This document shows positions 24,391 to 37,389 of a stretch of 64,000 bases of DNA, one piece after another. The stretch is from the NCBI GenBank assembly GCA_013265495.1, contig MU058796.1:62001-126000 (forward strand), given 5' to 3'. The notes under the pieces were generated by a model. It ran no database searches and had not been told where the DNA came from. It saw only the letters and a list, made by a program, of their open reading frames with translations. Source of the DNA: Vicugna vicugna (lineage: Eukaryota). The translations under genes were made by a program, and so were the position numbers. Each line of letters opens with the position of its first letter. The first letter of the stretch is position 1.

Positions 24391-27299
24391 GTATTCACCA
24401 TAATAGATTCTTTCATTTATCAGCATTTACATACTTGCTGGATGTATTTATTTATTGGTAGGGATTTATTAGGCAAAGTGAATATCCTGAGTCATTGGAG
24501 CATTTGGATGTAATTACTGACATTAAAAATACACTTCGTAAGAAGAAAAAATGTGGTAATGTGTAGTATTCCTGACAGCCATAAATATCAAGAGCAGAAA
24601 ACTTTGATTTAATCTTAGAAAAAGAAGCTTTCTGTGATATTTCAATAATCCCCTTGCTATAGTCAAGCATGCTAAAGGGTAACTTAGTCATTATTCAAAT
24701 TAGGCTATTAATGAGTCAATCCTATGATAATCCAGCTGAATAATTTTTTCTCTAGAGATGTCTATACATAACAAATTTTCCATAAACTTTGACAATTAAA
24801 AAAAAATGTATTCTCATGCAGAATTACCCTCCCTCTGGGCATGTAGGACTAATAACTAGGTAGAATTCTCACTTAAGATTAGTCGTCAAAGAGACCTCAA
24901 ATCTATGTTAACCTAGGCCTAAACCATTGGTTCATTTGGTCAAATGAATGACAAAAGTCACCTGGTATACTGCTAACCAATAACTCATTTAAATGTTACC
25001 TCTGTGTTGCAGCAATGTTGTGGAAGAGACAAAGTAAGAGATTTTTTGAAATACATATTAGGAGTTTCATTAATGCCTGTATATTATACTAATAATGGAG
25101 AACTGCAAATGCTCATACCATTGTATTTTCCTCAGGCTCCTCTATAAATATCTACTCTGTTGGTGCATTCCACTTTCTAACATAAAATTAAAAACTTCAA
25201 TTAAACTGCATTGGAAATGACTTTCCTAAGAGTGTTTAAAGTTATTGACAGAATTCTGCTTCTTTGTGAGGGTGAATAATCTTTACATTCTGTATCTGTA
25301 GAGAACAGAAGTCATTCCTCAGCAGTTGTCTCTGCTGTGTTTTTGTACTGAATAATCTATTGTTACAGATCTTTTCCCTCTCATTCTGCCCTTTGCCTCC
25401 TCTAAAAACCAACAGAAAGTCAGACGTTAGGACAAAGAAGAAATGAGCCTCGACATTTTCTATTTTTTTATGGTTTTGCCTTGGTCCAGGATCATACTCA
25501 TAGGGTGAGTGTGTTCAATTTTTTGGTTGCAGAGAAGACTTATAAAGAACTACATTTGGAAAATGAAAATAGGTCAAAATAATGAATGATGGGCTTTCAC
25601 CCTACGTTAACTAAAGGAAAGCATGATCCTACACAAAAGAGTAAAGGTAGAAGTACACTGGACCAAGACTAACTGGGCTTCCCACTGAGACATTCTACCA
25701 AAGAGGTGTATAAAACTTCAACAGAAAGTCCATTTGTGTGAGGTCAGTCAAACAGAGTCAAGCCAGAAGGGAGACAGCAAATCATGAGTTGTAAGATAAA
25801 GTGGTGATTTAGGCAATAAGACACACTGAATCAAGGCAGCAACGAAAGCAAAGACTGGTAACAAAGGAAGTAAACAGGAGGTGAAAAGTTGTCAAAGTAT
25901 ACAGAAAGTAATTAATGGAATTTGTGGACACTAATTTTTCATTTGCACTTCCCTTCATATGTGATAAAAACTCACACTCCTCTTCTAATTGTTTATAAAC
26001 GGTTGGTTATATAAGCCACTCTCCCTCTTTTCATCATGGTTATCTCCCTTTCTGTTATGTTTATCTCTATCAAGACTAAAGAAAATCAGATCTTCTTTCT
26101 TGAATCAAAAGAAGTGAGAGAATGCAGCTTTATGACATAAAACACATCTCTTCATGGCACTGAATTATCTAGTAATATTGGTTGGAAACCATAATGGAGA
26201 ATCTTCATTTTATGACCACAATATCCATAAGCATGATTACAATAACATCTTCATTTTACTGCCCTGACTCAACTTTTCACTAATTCAACCTTAGCTGGAA
26301 TCTATTTGGTTTTAAATCATACCATTGAACTTTGAATGACATTTCTATCACTGACTAGCTATCTGATTTTCAGTATATCTACCTGATTTTCCCAAGCTTT
26401 GGTTTCTTCATTGGCAAATGAAGTAAAATATCTCAAGAACTGTTTTAAAGTCTTAATATATCTATTAACTTATATGAAAATGACTTCCCATAGGTTCTTA
26501 AAAAATCATAGTTTCTTTCTTTTCTCTACTACTCCAGTGAATTTCCTTTTCTGCTGAATAAAAATGGCATGTTGCCTCTCAACAGGTAATTCTCACACCT
26601 TCCTCTTGAAAATATTTATGAAAATAATTAAAGACTGGCTCTTTTAGTCATAGATTTTCTGTTTTCCCTACTTTTGAAAAACAAGTGAACTGATTACTGC
26701 AGTAATGTTTAAGAGTAGGTCATGTAGCTAGAAGGAATCTCATGCCTCTCCATCATTTTCATAATCTCTTTACTAGGGAATTCACCTGAATATGATAAGT
26801 ATGGCTCCGGACAAAGAAATAGTAAATCCAATTCTGCAAGATATGTTCTTTTTAAAATCACATTTATTCAAAGAAGCAGGTCCAGTGCACAAATATTTAT
26901 AGGAACATGCCAGAAATCCTAGAAAAGCATTGTCGCCAGAGAGTAATAAAACAAAAAATTGTAAAACTAAATGCAGAACTTGTTTTACATGGATTCTAGG
27001 TTTTCTACTGAGTTTTCTTGCTTAACTGTTTCTGTCACTATGTTTTTCACTGGTCCAGAATCTTGTACTCTGTAAGTATACACCAAGAAGATATTTCTCT
27101 ACCAATCTCTTAAGCTCTCTAGCCTCTGATTTAACATGCAAATATTTTGTATTAACCTGAACTTCACACTTGGACTATAGATTCAACTAACTTTCCTTTA
27201 AAATAAGATAATATAAAATGCCTTAATATTTAAAGTTTAGCCTCATGCATCTTTTTAGACTCTGATAAACTTTTACATTTCAAATCTGTAATTCTTCAG

Positions 27300-28300
27300 A
27301 GCCTCCCACCCACTGCATTCTATAAGACTGTCTTCATCCTTCTACTTCTTTATTTCTCTCTCTCCTCTTCTATCTATCCTTAAGTGTTGCTTTACCCTCA
27401 GTGGTTTATGTTAAACTCTGTTCCCTTTTCAGTCTACGTATTTTCGTGGGATCACCTTAATCACCCTCTGAATGCTTATGATTTATACATTCTCCTGCCA
27501 TTAACTTTCTCCTGAGTTCTAGAGCCATACAATGCCAAATAATTATCTTATAGTCATGCAAATTCAAAATGTCTAGCAACTTTCCTGCCAATCCTGTTCT
27601 TCCTCATACATCTCTTATCTTGGTAAGTGTCACCAATTTCCATATACTTGAACAAGCCTGTAACCAGGTAATAATTTTTAACTTGTTTTGCCTTTCCCTG
27701 TATCTAATCATTTACCAAGTCTTACTGATTTTATCCTTAATATCTCTCAAAAAGTTACCTATCTCTACTTCAGTTGCCCACTTCATTAATAAGGTCTTAA
27801 TATTTCTCCTTGCCCTCTTCCTCTCTATTCACCACACATCTGCTAGAGAACTAAATGTTCATCTGGAGATGTCAATCCATCCTTTAATATCTGTAATGAC
27901 TCTTTCATGTTTAAGATAAAGCCAAAATTACATCAGTGGCATACAAAGACCTTTACTATCTGATCCCTAATGATTTCAATATCTAGCTTTAACGTCTCTT
28001 CTTCACACTTTACATTCCTGGAATACTGAACTGCTGGCAGTCTGTTCACTACCTCACTACTTTCTCACCACACCATTGTTTTGCATCCCTTTATCCCATT
28101 GACTGTGCTTCCCTGATATATGGAATGTGCTGACTGACATCTCCACATGCCCCTTCCCTTGGGAAGCTCATTCTTACTTTTCTCCCCCTTTTCAGGCACA
28201 ACACTTTTACAAAACCCTCTCTGTCACTATAAAATACCCTGCGAGACAAATTTCCTCCTCCCCAAAAGAGAACCTGACTCATATATTTCCATTATTACAT
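27300..28300 (+). mobile_element. L2 LINE fragment
   Basis: Pyrimidine-rich L2 body ('ttctcctgagttctag', 'gcatacaaagaccttt'). Confidence 0.7.
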
Positions 28301-28779
28301 CATATATACATGTATATTAAAAACATATATAGGACAAATGATTTGCCCTTGCTCTGAATAAAGTGAAAAGGAGTAACAGAAAAAAAAATTGGTCTTGTAG
28401 GAGTGTGTTTGTGTGGTTGTGAAAGAGACAAACAGAGATAGAGATGGAGAAAGATAGTGATACATAGAGCAACAGAAATGAGGACAGAAAGATAGAATGC
28501 ACAAGAATATATTTGGGGAGTCAATAAAAACAATATTTGGCAAAGGGATTAAAATTATCATTATTACATTTACAATTTGGGCTGCTGCTTCCTCTTGAAA
28601 CAAAGCTAAGAATTCACTGAAGGAAAATTCCTAAATAGAAAATACTTGTTTTTCCCTTCAAGCAAATGCTGCAGTATGTTTAACTGCATGAAATTTTGAC
28701 CACTGACAGCTAATATATGGCAATAGAAGGGTATGTTTATTTTTCTGTGAAACTAGACATATCAGAGCTAAAAAAGAAT

Positions 28780-28905
28780 GTGTGTATACACATTGTGTAC
28801 TTACACACATATACATATACCTATATAAGTTTCACATATACTTAAATATATATAATGTGTGTTTATAAATATATGTGTTTGTATGTGTATGCACACACAC
28901 ACACG
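28780..28905. repeat. Degenerate TA/CA/TG low-complexity repeat
   Basis: Directly visible. Confidence 0.8.
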
Positions 28906-29463
28906 TTAGTTGTCTGAGACTAGTAGCCACTTGGCATAATGCAGCTTTTCCAGGGTTGTTTTTTGTCTGAATTAGGGTTAAAGGGTTTTGCACAAAGCAT
29001 TCAGATATAGTCTACTTCTGGCAAAATGCATGCCTCTCTATACAAGGCTATTGTTCTGCTTCTAAAAGCAATATTGCTTCAGCTGAATGGATGACCTTAT
29101 TCTGAAGTGATTGGCTCATTTGAAAGGCCATGTATAGTTTTTTTTCCAAGAACAAAGGAAAGCTAGACTAAACCAATATATATTTCCTATGGACATGAAA
29201 AAAAAACCCTTTGGCTCAGAAAAGCCATGGTACAAAAACAAGTCACATAAAACAAGGCATCATTGAGCTTGAACATTAATTTTCATGAACTACTTGTAAT
29301 CTTGCAAGAAGCACTAGACTACCTTTGGTATTGGGATTAGATATTTTTATTTATTAATTTTTCATTACCACTAAGCTTTTTGGTTCTGAGATATTGCGAA
29401 CTGGACAGCAGCTTGTACTGATTTCCAGAGCCAGCGGAATAGCCCTGAGAGTTTCTTCCTTAC

Positions 29464-29547
29464 TGGGTGATGTCATCAGTTAGCCAGTTTCCGTCGCGCC
29501 CCTTACACTACCTTAGAAGTTCTTCTCTGTGTTAGTTCTACCTTCAC
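29464..29547 (-). other. Candidate non-coding exon (84 nt; alternative ends at 29512, 29369 or poly(A) at ~29350)
   Basis: Strong acceptor gtgtgttttcttttcttggcag|GTGAAGGTAG. Possible donors AAG|gtagtg, CCA|gtaagg and GTG|gtaatg. Retained CpGs (GGCGCGACGG) in CpG-poor surroundings. Confidence 0.5.
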
Positions 29548-29834
29548 CTGCCAAGAAAAGAAAACACACAGCTTTCTTTATTCTATAGTGAAACAAAGTG
29601 GTTTGGACACAATTTGGAGGAGAACTGCCAGAAAAAACAAAAAAAGGCTTTAACTTAATAATGTTTCCATACATTTAGATGCTCTTCTAGAATATATGAC
29701 TTTAATTGATTTTACCTTTTTTATGAAATACAACTGGTATAGTAGAAATTGAATTTTGGCATTGACCCAGAATTTTAAAGAAAAGATGTAAAACTTTATA
29801 AAATTCAAAACTATTAAGTCACTGTTGGAGGGAA

Positions 29835-29835
29835 T

Positions 29836-29867
<32 letters not shown>

Positions 29868-29874
29868 TTTTTTT
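29835..29874. repeat. (CTTT)n microsatellite plus poly-T
   Basis: Directly visible. Confidence 0.95.
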
Positions 29875-31249
29875 CTTTGCCTTTCACGAACTAGCATAAT
29901 GCTTGTTGTTAACAGAAAATAATCCTAATTTTATTTGAGGTAACCCTTTTGTCTGCTTTATCTGAGACAAAATTTTGAACAAGGTGATTCATTAAAACCA
30001 TATTGTGTACCACAGAAACTGAAATAATTGCTATTGTCTCTGTGAAAATTATTATATTCACAGCATTATTTGTACAACCAAATACAGGCATCCTAAAGAT
30101 ATTTGTGTGTTTCATTCACAGGAAGCCCTCCCTGCCAAAACAAGTTTCAGGTATTAAGCTCTGTAGACAGTTAAAACTTATCATCAGAATACTGAGGGCA
30201 GAGTACTTCAGAAATTTTGAATGTTTCAAATCCTTTTAGGAACACCACATAGCACTTAAAATCGTCTCATTCCTCGTTAAATATAATTTTACCACTTTGT
30301 GCTTTTCGAAAAAACTAATAAATTTTCATTTGGAGATACCAGAAGAATTAAGTTACATTAAGTATAATAGAATCATTGATATTAGAAATGAGAAAAATGT
30401 ATTAGGCCTATCCTTAGAAGTTTCATAAAGACAATTTTCAATATAGTGTGTGACTCAGTGAGTTTTCTAGTCTAGTGTTTAATGGGAATTGTCAGTATGC
30501 TAATAAAGTGCTTTCAAAAATCGACCTATTTGGGCCATATGTAGCCAAGTGAGCAGACATTACTGAAAAGTGGAATAAGTTCTCAATTTCTGTATTTCAT
30601 TAATATTGACCTTGAGTGGAAAAGCAGCATCTTTATGGTCTCCACAACCCGCAGAACCATTAAATGAACCCAGGCAACTAGAATCAACCACCTCTTCCTT
30701 TTGTGCCTGTTTGAACCACAGCCATAAGGATAGAACCTTAGTATTCTGCAAAAACTGGGGTATTATCTCTTCAAATTTTATTTTTATACACCAAGCTGGT
30801 TGAAATAACATAAGGCAAAAAAAAATAAACAAGAGCTGGAGAAAGGCAATTAAAAGATGGTGAATAGGACAATGGAGAAGGAAAAGTATAAATGAAAAAG
30901 ATGAGTTTGTGGAATTAAATCTGGATTTCCAAAACTAATGTTTCCATCAAAAATATTAATCATACCTACTAACATTCTCACTTATAAACACTTGATTGTT
31001 TTGAATATAAAGTGAGGTAAGAAATGTAAAGCATTTAGCAGAACATAGAATATAAATTCCCTAGTTATTCATTTTTGTTCTTTATAAGTGATATGCTCTG
31101 TCATAAGCAACAAGTAACCTGAAATACAGCGTAGGTATAGCCTTAAATCTCTGTGATAGTTTCTGTTGCAATTGCAGTTGATAATATGGAGGCTACTTTT
31201 CAGTAAGTACACCATGATTTTGAACAAGAAAAATCATGCACTTCATCAT

Positions 31250-31480
31250 CCAACCAATCATTCATTTATTCAATAAATACTTACGGAACAAATCATCTCT
31301 CATGCATTGTATTAATTACTGGGCACATAGAAATGGAGAGAAAACCCAGTATGCTTAAATTCCAATGGAGGCCACAGACACATAAACAGATAAATAAAAA
31401 GGAATGGAATAAGTGCTGAAATAGAGATCTGTTGTACATACAACTGAAGGGCAGTCTTGTGAGAAGGGTCAGCGTAGGAA
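31250..31480 (-). mobile_element. L2 3' end
   Basis: 'cattcatttattcaataaatacttacggaac'. Confidence 0.65.
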
Positions 31481-31835
31481 GCCCAGAACACTGAGGTCTG
31501 TGTCTCCCCGCAGTAATAAGTCATAGCATCGAAATCAAAGATAACACACCAATGAGAAACAACCTGTCTGTTGTTCACGTGCAGTGGTAGGTCATCCTTA
31601 AAACTCCAGTGTCAGTAAGATCTTACACGTTCTGCATCAAAGAATTAAAACAAAAAACCTAAAAATCCATTATGGCAATACTTCATTTGAGAGTAAAGAT
31701 GAATAAAGTCAAATTCTGTTTAGTATTAAAAGAGAGCAAAAGTCTTCATAAGTTATTGAAAGAATGTTAGTGCATCATAGAACTCAGAACCATGTCCTTC
31801 TAAGATATAAAGGTGTTGGGCAAGGCCAGACTCAC

Positions 31836-31916
31836 CTCATGTAAGGAGGTCAAAGAGGGCAAATGCATAGTATCAGTGCAGTCAAGTTTGCTTTTCTCAC
31901 GTGCAATTGCAAGCAC
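31836..31916 (-). other. Candidate 81-nt exon
   Basis: Minus strand reads ctctccacgttgtacag|GTGCTTGCAA...TTACATGAG|gtgagt. Consensus donor, moderate acceptor. Confidence 0.3.
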
Positions 31917-32362
31917 CTGTACAACGTGGAGAGCTTATCTGTTGCTGGACCAACTGATTATAATTTAGTTTGAGTAAGTTTCAGTGTGTTACCACATCAG
32001 ATTTTGGCCTCCTATGCTTATGGTTCTTTGATTCATTAATTGATTGGTTTATTGTTTGTTATCCCATCTCATTTCAAAAACATTTTAGTTTGTTTTCATC
32101 AAATTTTCTGATGGCTTAGTAATAAATATTGCCCTCTGTTAAAATAGTGTACATCAACAGGCAGGTAAAGAGGTGCTTTCTTTCCATCACAGAACCGTTG
32201 AAATGAAACTATACCTATCCACCTGTACACGTGACTAAGGCATACAGGTTTATGATGTGCTTCCATATTATTTTGGTTGGTCACTCCTCTATTCTCCAGA
32301 AGCATGTTGACCACAAGGGTAATGTAACACTATGGTTATTTCCTTACATATTTATCTTATTC

Positions 32363-32549
32363 CAGCAGTTCTCAAACTTTAATGTGCATCACCATAATTA
32401 CAAAAGGAGACTGGATTGTTAAAACATAGCTTACAAGAGTTACTAATTCTGTATGTCTGGGGTGGGTGCAGCCCCTAAATTTACCTTTCTAACAATTTCC
32501 ACTTGATACTGATGCTGCTAATTTGGAGATCAAACTTTGAGCACCACCA
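32363..32549. mobile_element. MER5A-type hAT-Charlie DNA transposon
   Basis: 'cagcagttctcaaacttt...gtctggggtggg...tttctaacaa...gatgctgct...actttgagcaccac'. Confidence 0.8.
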
Positions 32550-32859
32550 ACCTATCCAATACCTGGTAAATACCTAAGTGGTAGTAACCAACTCTTAACT
32601 TTGTACAGAACCTTTTAGAAAGTGCTCAGTAAATATTGAAAACATTGAATAAATGAATGAATAACTGTACCCAGTTTGTTTTTTTATGAATGAAAAAATA
32701 AATAGCTCCTGATCCTACTCCTCAAAATGTTGGCCTCTGAAAATCCTTGAGTCAGATGGGCCTGGGGGCAAGACCATAGAGAAGCTGAAAATCTATAACT
32801 GGAAATGTCAAATAACATTTCAACCTGCAGTTTCCTCAATGAGAGACAAATGAGCTCCA

Positions 32860-33500
32860 CATAAATCCCTGGCAAGATTCAAAACATATTCCTAAAGGGA
32901 TGGGTTGTGAAATGTAGAAAAGGAAGCAAAAATCAAGAGAACCCTATGGGTTCCTGAAGAGCAAAATCTAACTGCAACGTGTTTTCCTTAACAATGCCAC
33001 TTAGTACATCAGGGAAATACAAAAGGCATAAGGTATCTGGGACCACAAAAAGGCCTTTCTTCTTGTGCATGACACGGCAAAAGATAAGTTACATGTCCAA
33101 AAGATTGGACAGATTAATTAATAAAGACCTAGATGAATATACTGATGTCAGATGTCAAGCTGGAAGATGATTTCTTGTGGTGTGGCATAGATGTGGCACC
33201 TCATTACTTAACTTCAAGTGCTTGTTTTCATCAAGAATTTGGATGGTGACATGGAGGGTGGGCCACCAAAATTGCAGAAGATTCAAAACTGGGATGGGGG
33301 GAAGCAAGTGATTGAAGAGACAGAATATGAATCTGGCCATATCCAGACAATCTGAAGCAAAGATTATACTTAATAAATTTGATTATGTAAAGATGTAGTA
33401 GGTCCAAAGATTAATCACATAAACCTTAGATTCAGCTATACTATGCATGAGAAAGATTCCACAGTAGTCAACAGTATGTTGTGACCACCTTTAAATATAT
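32860..33500 (+). mobile_element. L3/CR1 reverse-transcriptase region remnant
   Basis: 'gtcaagctggaag...gtggtgtggcatag...ttcatcaagaatttggatggtgacatggagg...aaaattgcagaagattcaaaactggga' follows the CR1 RT region (SW..V.SGVPQG...FINDLD...KFADDTKLG). Heavily decayed. Confidence 0.7.
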
Positions 33501-33779
33501 ATGAATATACATAGTCATACATATAAGTAGACATGTATTATATGTATATTACATATACATGTATACATACACGGGGAGGAGGAGACAGGAAAAAGTATAG
33601 TATCAGAAAAAGTAAAATCATGGATCCATTCTTTAAGGTACAAGATTAGTCAAACTATTCAGAGTACTTAATCCCATCCTTTTACCCAGCTCGATTCAAA
33701 AACACTTACTAAAAAACACAACAAAGTCCCAGCATCACAGAGTGAGCAGAGTAAAAATGTTTAATCTCGTAAGATACAA

Positions 33780-34380
33780 AGTTGCCTTGCCAGGACTAGT
33801 GAAATGACTAGGGCAAATGTGCAGCCAATCCGCTGGCCGTCCTGGGATCTTGGCATGTAGTTCCCACGTGTGCAGGTTCCAGCGGTGGTAGCGGGGGTCC
33901 ACTCTAGCTCACATACACACTGGCTAACATATCCGCTTAGGGTCCTGGGGTTTATTGAGAATTCCAGCAAAGCAAGAGCTATTTTAGGCATCTCCTGATT
34001 AGTTGGCAGCCATTTCATTGGTCCCCATGCAAGAAGATGAGATGAGAGAGTCCCAAAGACGTGGAGACTGATCCTTTGCCTCCTCACTTCCTGAGTGGAA
34101 ATTACTCCTTTTCTCCAGTCAGCCCTCACCTGAGAGCAGGGTGGGTGGGAGACCCCGCCCAGCACCAGTCATGGTCTGCCTGCTGTGGAACTTCCGTGGG
34201 AGCCCAGTTACCATGGAACAAATAGCCCAGTGCACAGAGAAATGAAGGTATTATCTCTGTGTGCAGGAGACTTGTGGCCAAGTGAGAGATGAGTACCTGT
34301 GAGCAGATGTAGTTTTTTATCTGTCTTTGCAAGTATACACAAAGTGCAGTGGCAGCAACGGTCACCTGGCTCGGGACATC
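33780..34380. promoter_or_regulatory. GC-enriched promoter/enhancer-like island
   Basis: Locally raised GC and CpG. CCAAT at ~33826, CACGTG 33865-33870, GC box CCCCGCCC 34153-34160, ETS ACTTCCG at ~34190, minus-strand donor CAG|gtgagg at 34130. Confidence 0.4.
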
Positions 34381-36655
34381 AAGGAGGGTTTCACATAGGA
34401 GGTATCACTCAAGCTCTAAGTTAAAGGATGAGTACGTGTTTGCCAGAAGGTAAGTGGTCAGATTTCACCACTGAAAGGCCAAAAGATGGAACGGGGCAGA
34501 TAAGCAAGGCCAGATTGTGAAGGACCTTGAATTTTATTCAAAGATATTTCAGATAAAAAATAGCAGTGAGAACTGACCACTGATAATAATACATTTAGGT
34601 AAACAAGGAAGAGACTTTTATCAATTGAGAAGATATAAATGAACTAACTATGGCAACAAGTATCAGTTGAACATTTGTGTTTTCAGAAACATTTATGCAA
34701 ATGGAAAGAATAGGATACTGTTTACAAACATACTGATAAGATGATTGCCTTTAGGTGCTTCTAACATTGTCCCATTGGTTCTATGATTAGAGAATATTAA
34801 AGTGGGATGTTGCAACTATCAGTACCTGGAATTATTTCACATTACTTAGGGTCCTATCTTGGATGCCTCCTTGACTATGTTTAAAACAATCCCTTCATAA
34901 ATGAAATTTTGGGACCCACTTCTGCGGAGCCTTGCACTAGATTCACGGTATAATGTAATGGTAGCTTCAGAGACAAATTCAGCTCTACTTCATCACTTGG
35001 ACTTAATGTTTTTTTTTTCCAAAATGCTATCCTTGATGCTGTTTTTAAAAACAAGAACACACCTTTGACACTCCGATAATTAGAGCAAAGACATCCATAT
35101 TTGGTCATACACATACTATGTTCGATAAAATGAATTCACTGTTTTAAAATACTACAACAAAATCATTACCAAAGCAGCAACAAACCATTCTTGGTGCATT
35201 GGTCCCTGCCACTCCTAGTATTAGGCCTGTTCTCTCTTTCTTTTCTTAGGTTGATAAGGATAGATATCCTTAGCCTTTCTTCACATAATCAGTTTATAAA
35301 ATTTTAAAAATCCAATTTTTTTCAGCTCAAAACTGTAAAGTCTAAAGCTGGACATACTAGTTTATTGTTAACCTATTCCAGAGAACCATTAGGCATTTTC
35401 CCAGCTGCCTGTGGGGTAACTTTTACTTTTCACACTTTTTTGTAGCGCTGAGAAAGGGAACAGTAGAATACTGCCAACCAAGAAAACACTGCCTCATGGG
35501 CTGATATTCTGGGATTTTTTCCAGCTTGCTTTGTGGAGGCAGCCCAAACACTATGGTGTTCCCTAAATGCCTGACTTGGTTGACTAAACCTATAGTGAGT
35601 TCATAGAATTGTGTGCTATAACCTTGCCGTTAAGAGTCATATTCTCTCCTTCCTTCCTCCCTTCCTTTCTTTCCTACCTTTCCCTTCTTCCCTCATTCTC
35701 TCCCTTCCCTATCTCCCATCGATTACCCACCGCATGCTTGGTGACTTGGCATGAGATCCACTTTCCTTCTACATGACAGAGGAGGATGAGCATCCCAGGA
35801 ACTGGTTGGCCTCTTCATGAGACCCAACCAGACTGAATTTGGGCTGTGACTCTCGGAGGCATAGCACATTGAGGTAGTTTGCCAACACCGATAGCACAGT
35901 GCTTGGCCAAGAGGATAAATGCATGACTTTTAAAATTTATCAGAAACAACCAAACTATAGCCAAAAGATAAACAATACTTTCAGGAAAAATAAATCAATC
36001 ATCAGCAAATATATGAAACAACGATAATAATGATATTGTGAGGTTCCTCTGAGAGCTGACATGCAAAAAAAGTATTAAGTACATTGTCTGGAATGTAATA
36101 AATGCCCATTAAATGGTGCTGTCTTCATCATTATCACCTTCCTCATGCCTTAGTTATTGCCAGCATCAAAATTAGCAAAATCTTAAATTAGGACTCTTTT
36201 GGTAAAATTCATATTCTGATTTGGGCTGTTTGGTATATACTCATGATGAGACAGCAGGAAAGATATTATCCTAGAAGCAGTTTAGGTTGGAAAATTCTTA
36301 GATTCTTACACCACCTCTAAGATTCCTGAAGGGGACCGTGTTGCACTCACATCACTGTAAGTCCATACTGATAGTTAGGGCTTCCTGTTCATGCTACAAA
36401 TCTGTGATGGGAAAAATATGTGTAAATATTCTCAATTGCCTGACTGTTGTTCTTCATTTTAAAAATCTTACTTTATAGTGTCATGCCCTAATTTTTAAAA
36501 AACTTCAAAAAGAAAAAAATGATAAATTATCCATCCCAACACCTTAAAACCACATCTCTCAGTATTTTGATGTTTTGAATTTTTGTGCACTTTTTAGATT
36601 TATGATTATAATGTGCACCATGATCATGGCGTGATGCTTCACATTACATACAAGG

Positions 36656-36897
36656 TAGTGATTAAGAGAAGATTTTGCCATCAGAATGTCCAGGTTCAAA
36701 TAGTAGCTCCATTTGTGTATTAGCAAGGTAATCTTTGCAAGTTTCTTAACCTCCCTGACGCTGAATTTCTCCTTATGTAAAAATGAGGTAATAATAAGAA
36801 CAATAACAACGTATACCTTAAGTGAAAACTAAATTAGAGGATTCATGTAAAGTGCTTCCTGCAGTGCCCAGAATATAGTACTCAATAAATGTTATGC
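36656..36897 (+). mobile_element. Near full-length MIR
   Basis: 'gtgattaagag...ggttcaaat...caagtttcttaacctc...tgtaaaaatgaggtaataata...tgtaaagtgctt...ctcaataaatgtt'. Confidence 0.85.
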
Positions 36898-37389
36898 TTT
36901 TTAAAGGTTGAGATGAGTGCCTAATCTTTTAACCATCTCTAGCTGGTTGTTAACATCTTACAATGCAATATTACAAATGATGTTTTAGGTAGCAAAATTC
37001 TAGGTTTATATTACCACAATATTTTATTTCATTTTTTAGTTTTTCACTGTTGTGGTCATTAAAAGATGATGTCATATTTCTTGTTTGTTGACACCACTCT
37101 TAACTGTTTATTAAAATTCTTACTTCAACTTAACTAAAGAAAAATAACACCATCCTTGCCAGACTTCTCCATCCAAGCTTCCCTCCTCTAGCTCTGACCT
37201 CACCAGCCAGCCACCTGCGCCCAGGACAGCTTCAGGGAGAACTGCAGGATATAGCAGGTCACTGTGACATGGTTTTCTCCTGCTAGTTCACATCTCACAC
37301 TTTCCCTAACAAACAGAAATCCCAAGACTCAAACTGCTTCTGCTCCCCTCCTTTTTTCAAAAGACTGGGCTGCAAAAACAAACTAACTT

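Noticed and set aside
25500..26150. Possible ancient LTR fragments
   Set aside because: Similarity too weak to assign by eye.
34229..34266. Hairpin tgcacagaga...tctctgtgtgca as a pre-miRNA
   Set aside because: Stem too short and bulged for a Drosha substrate.
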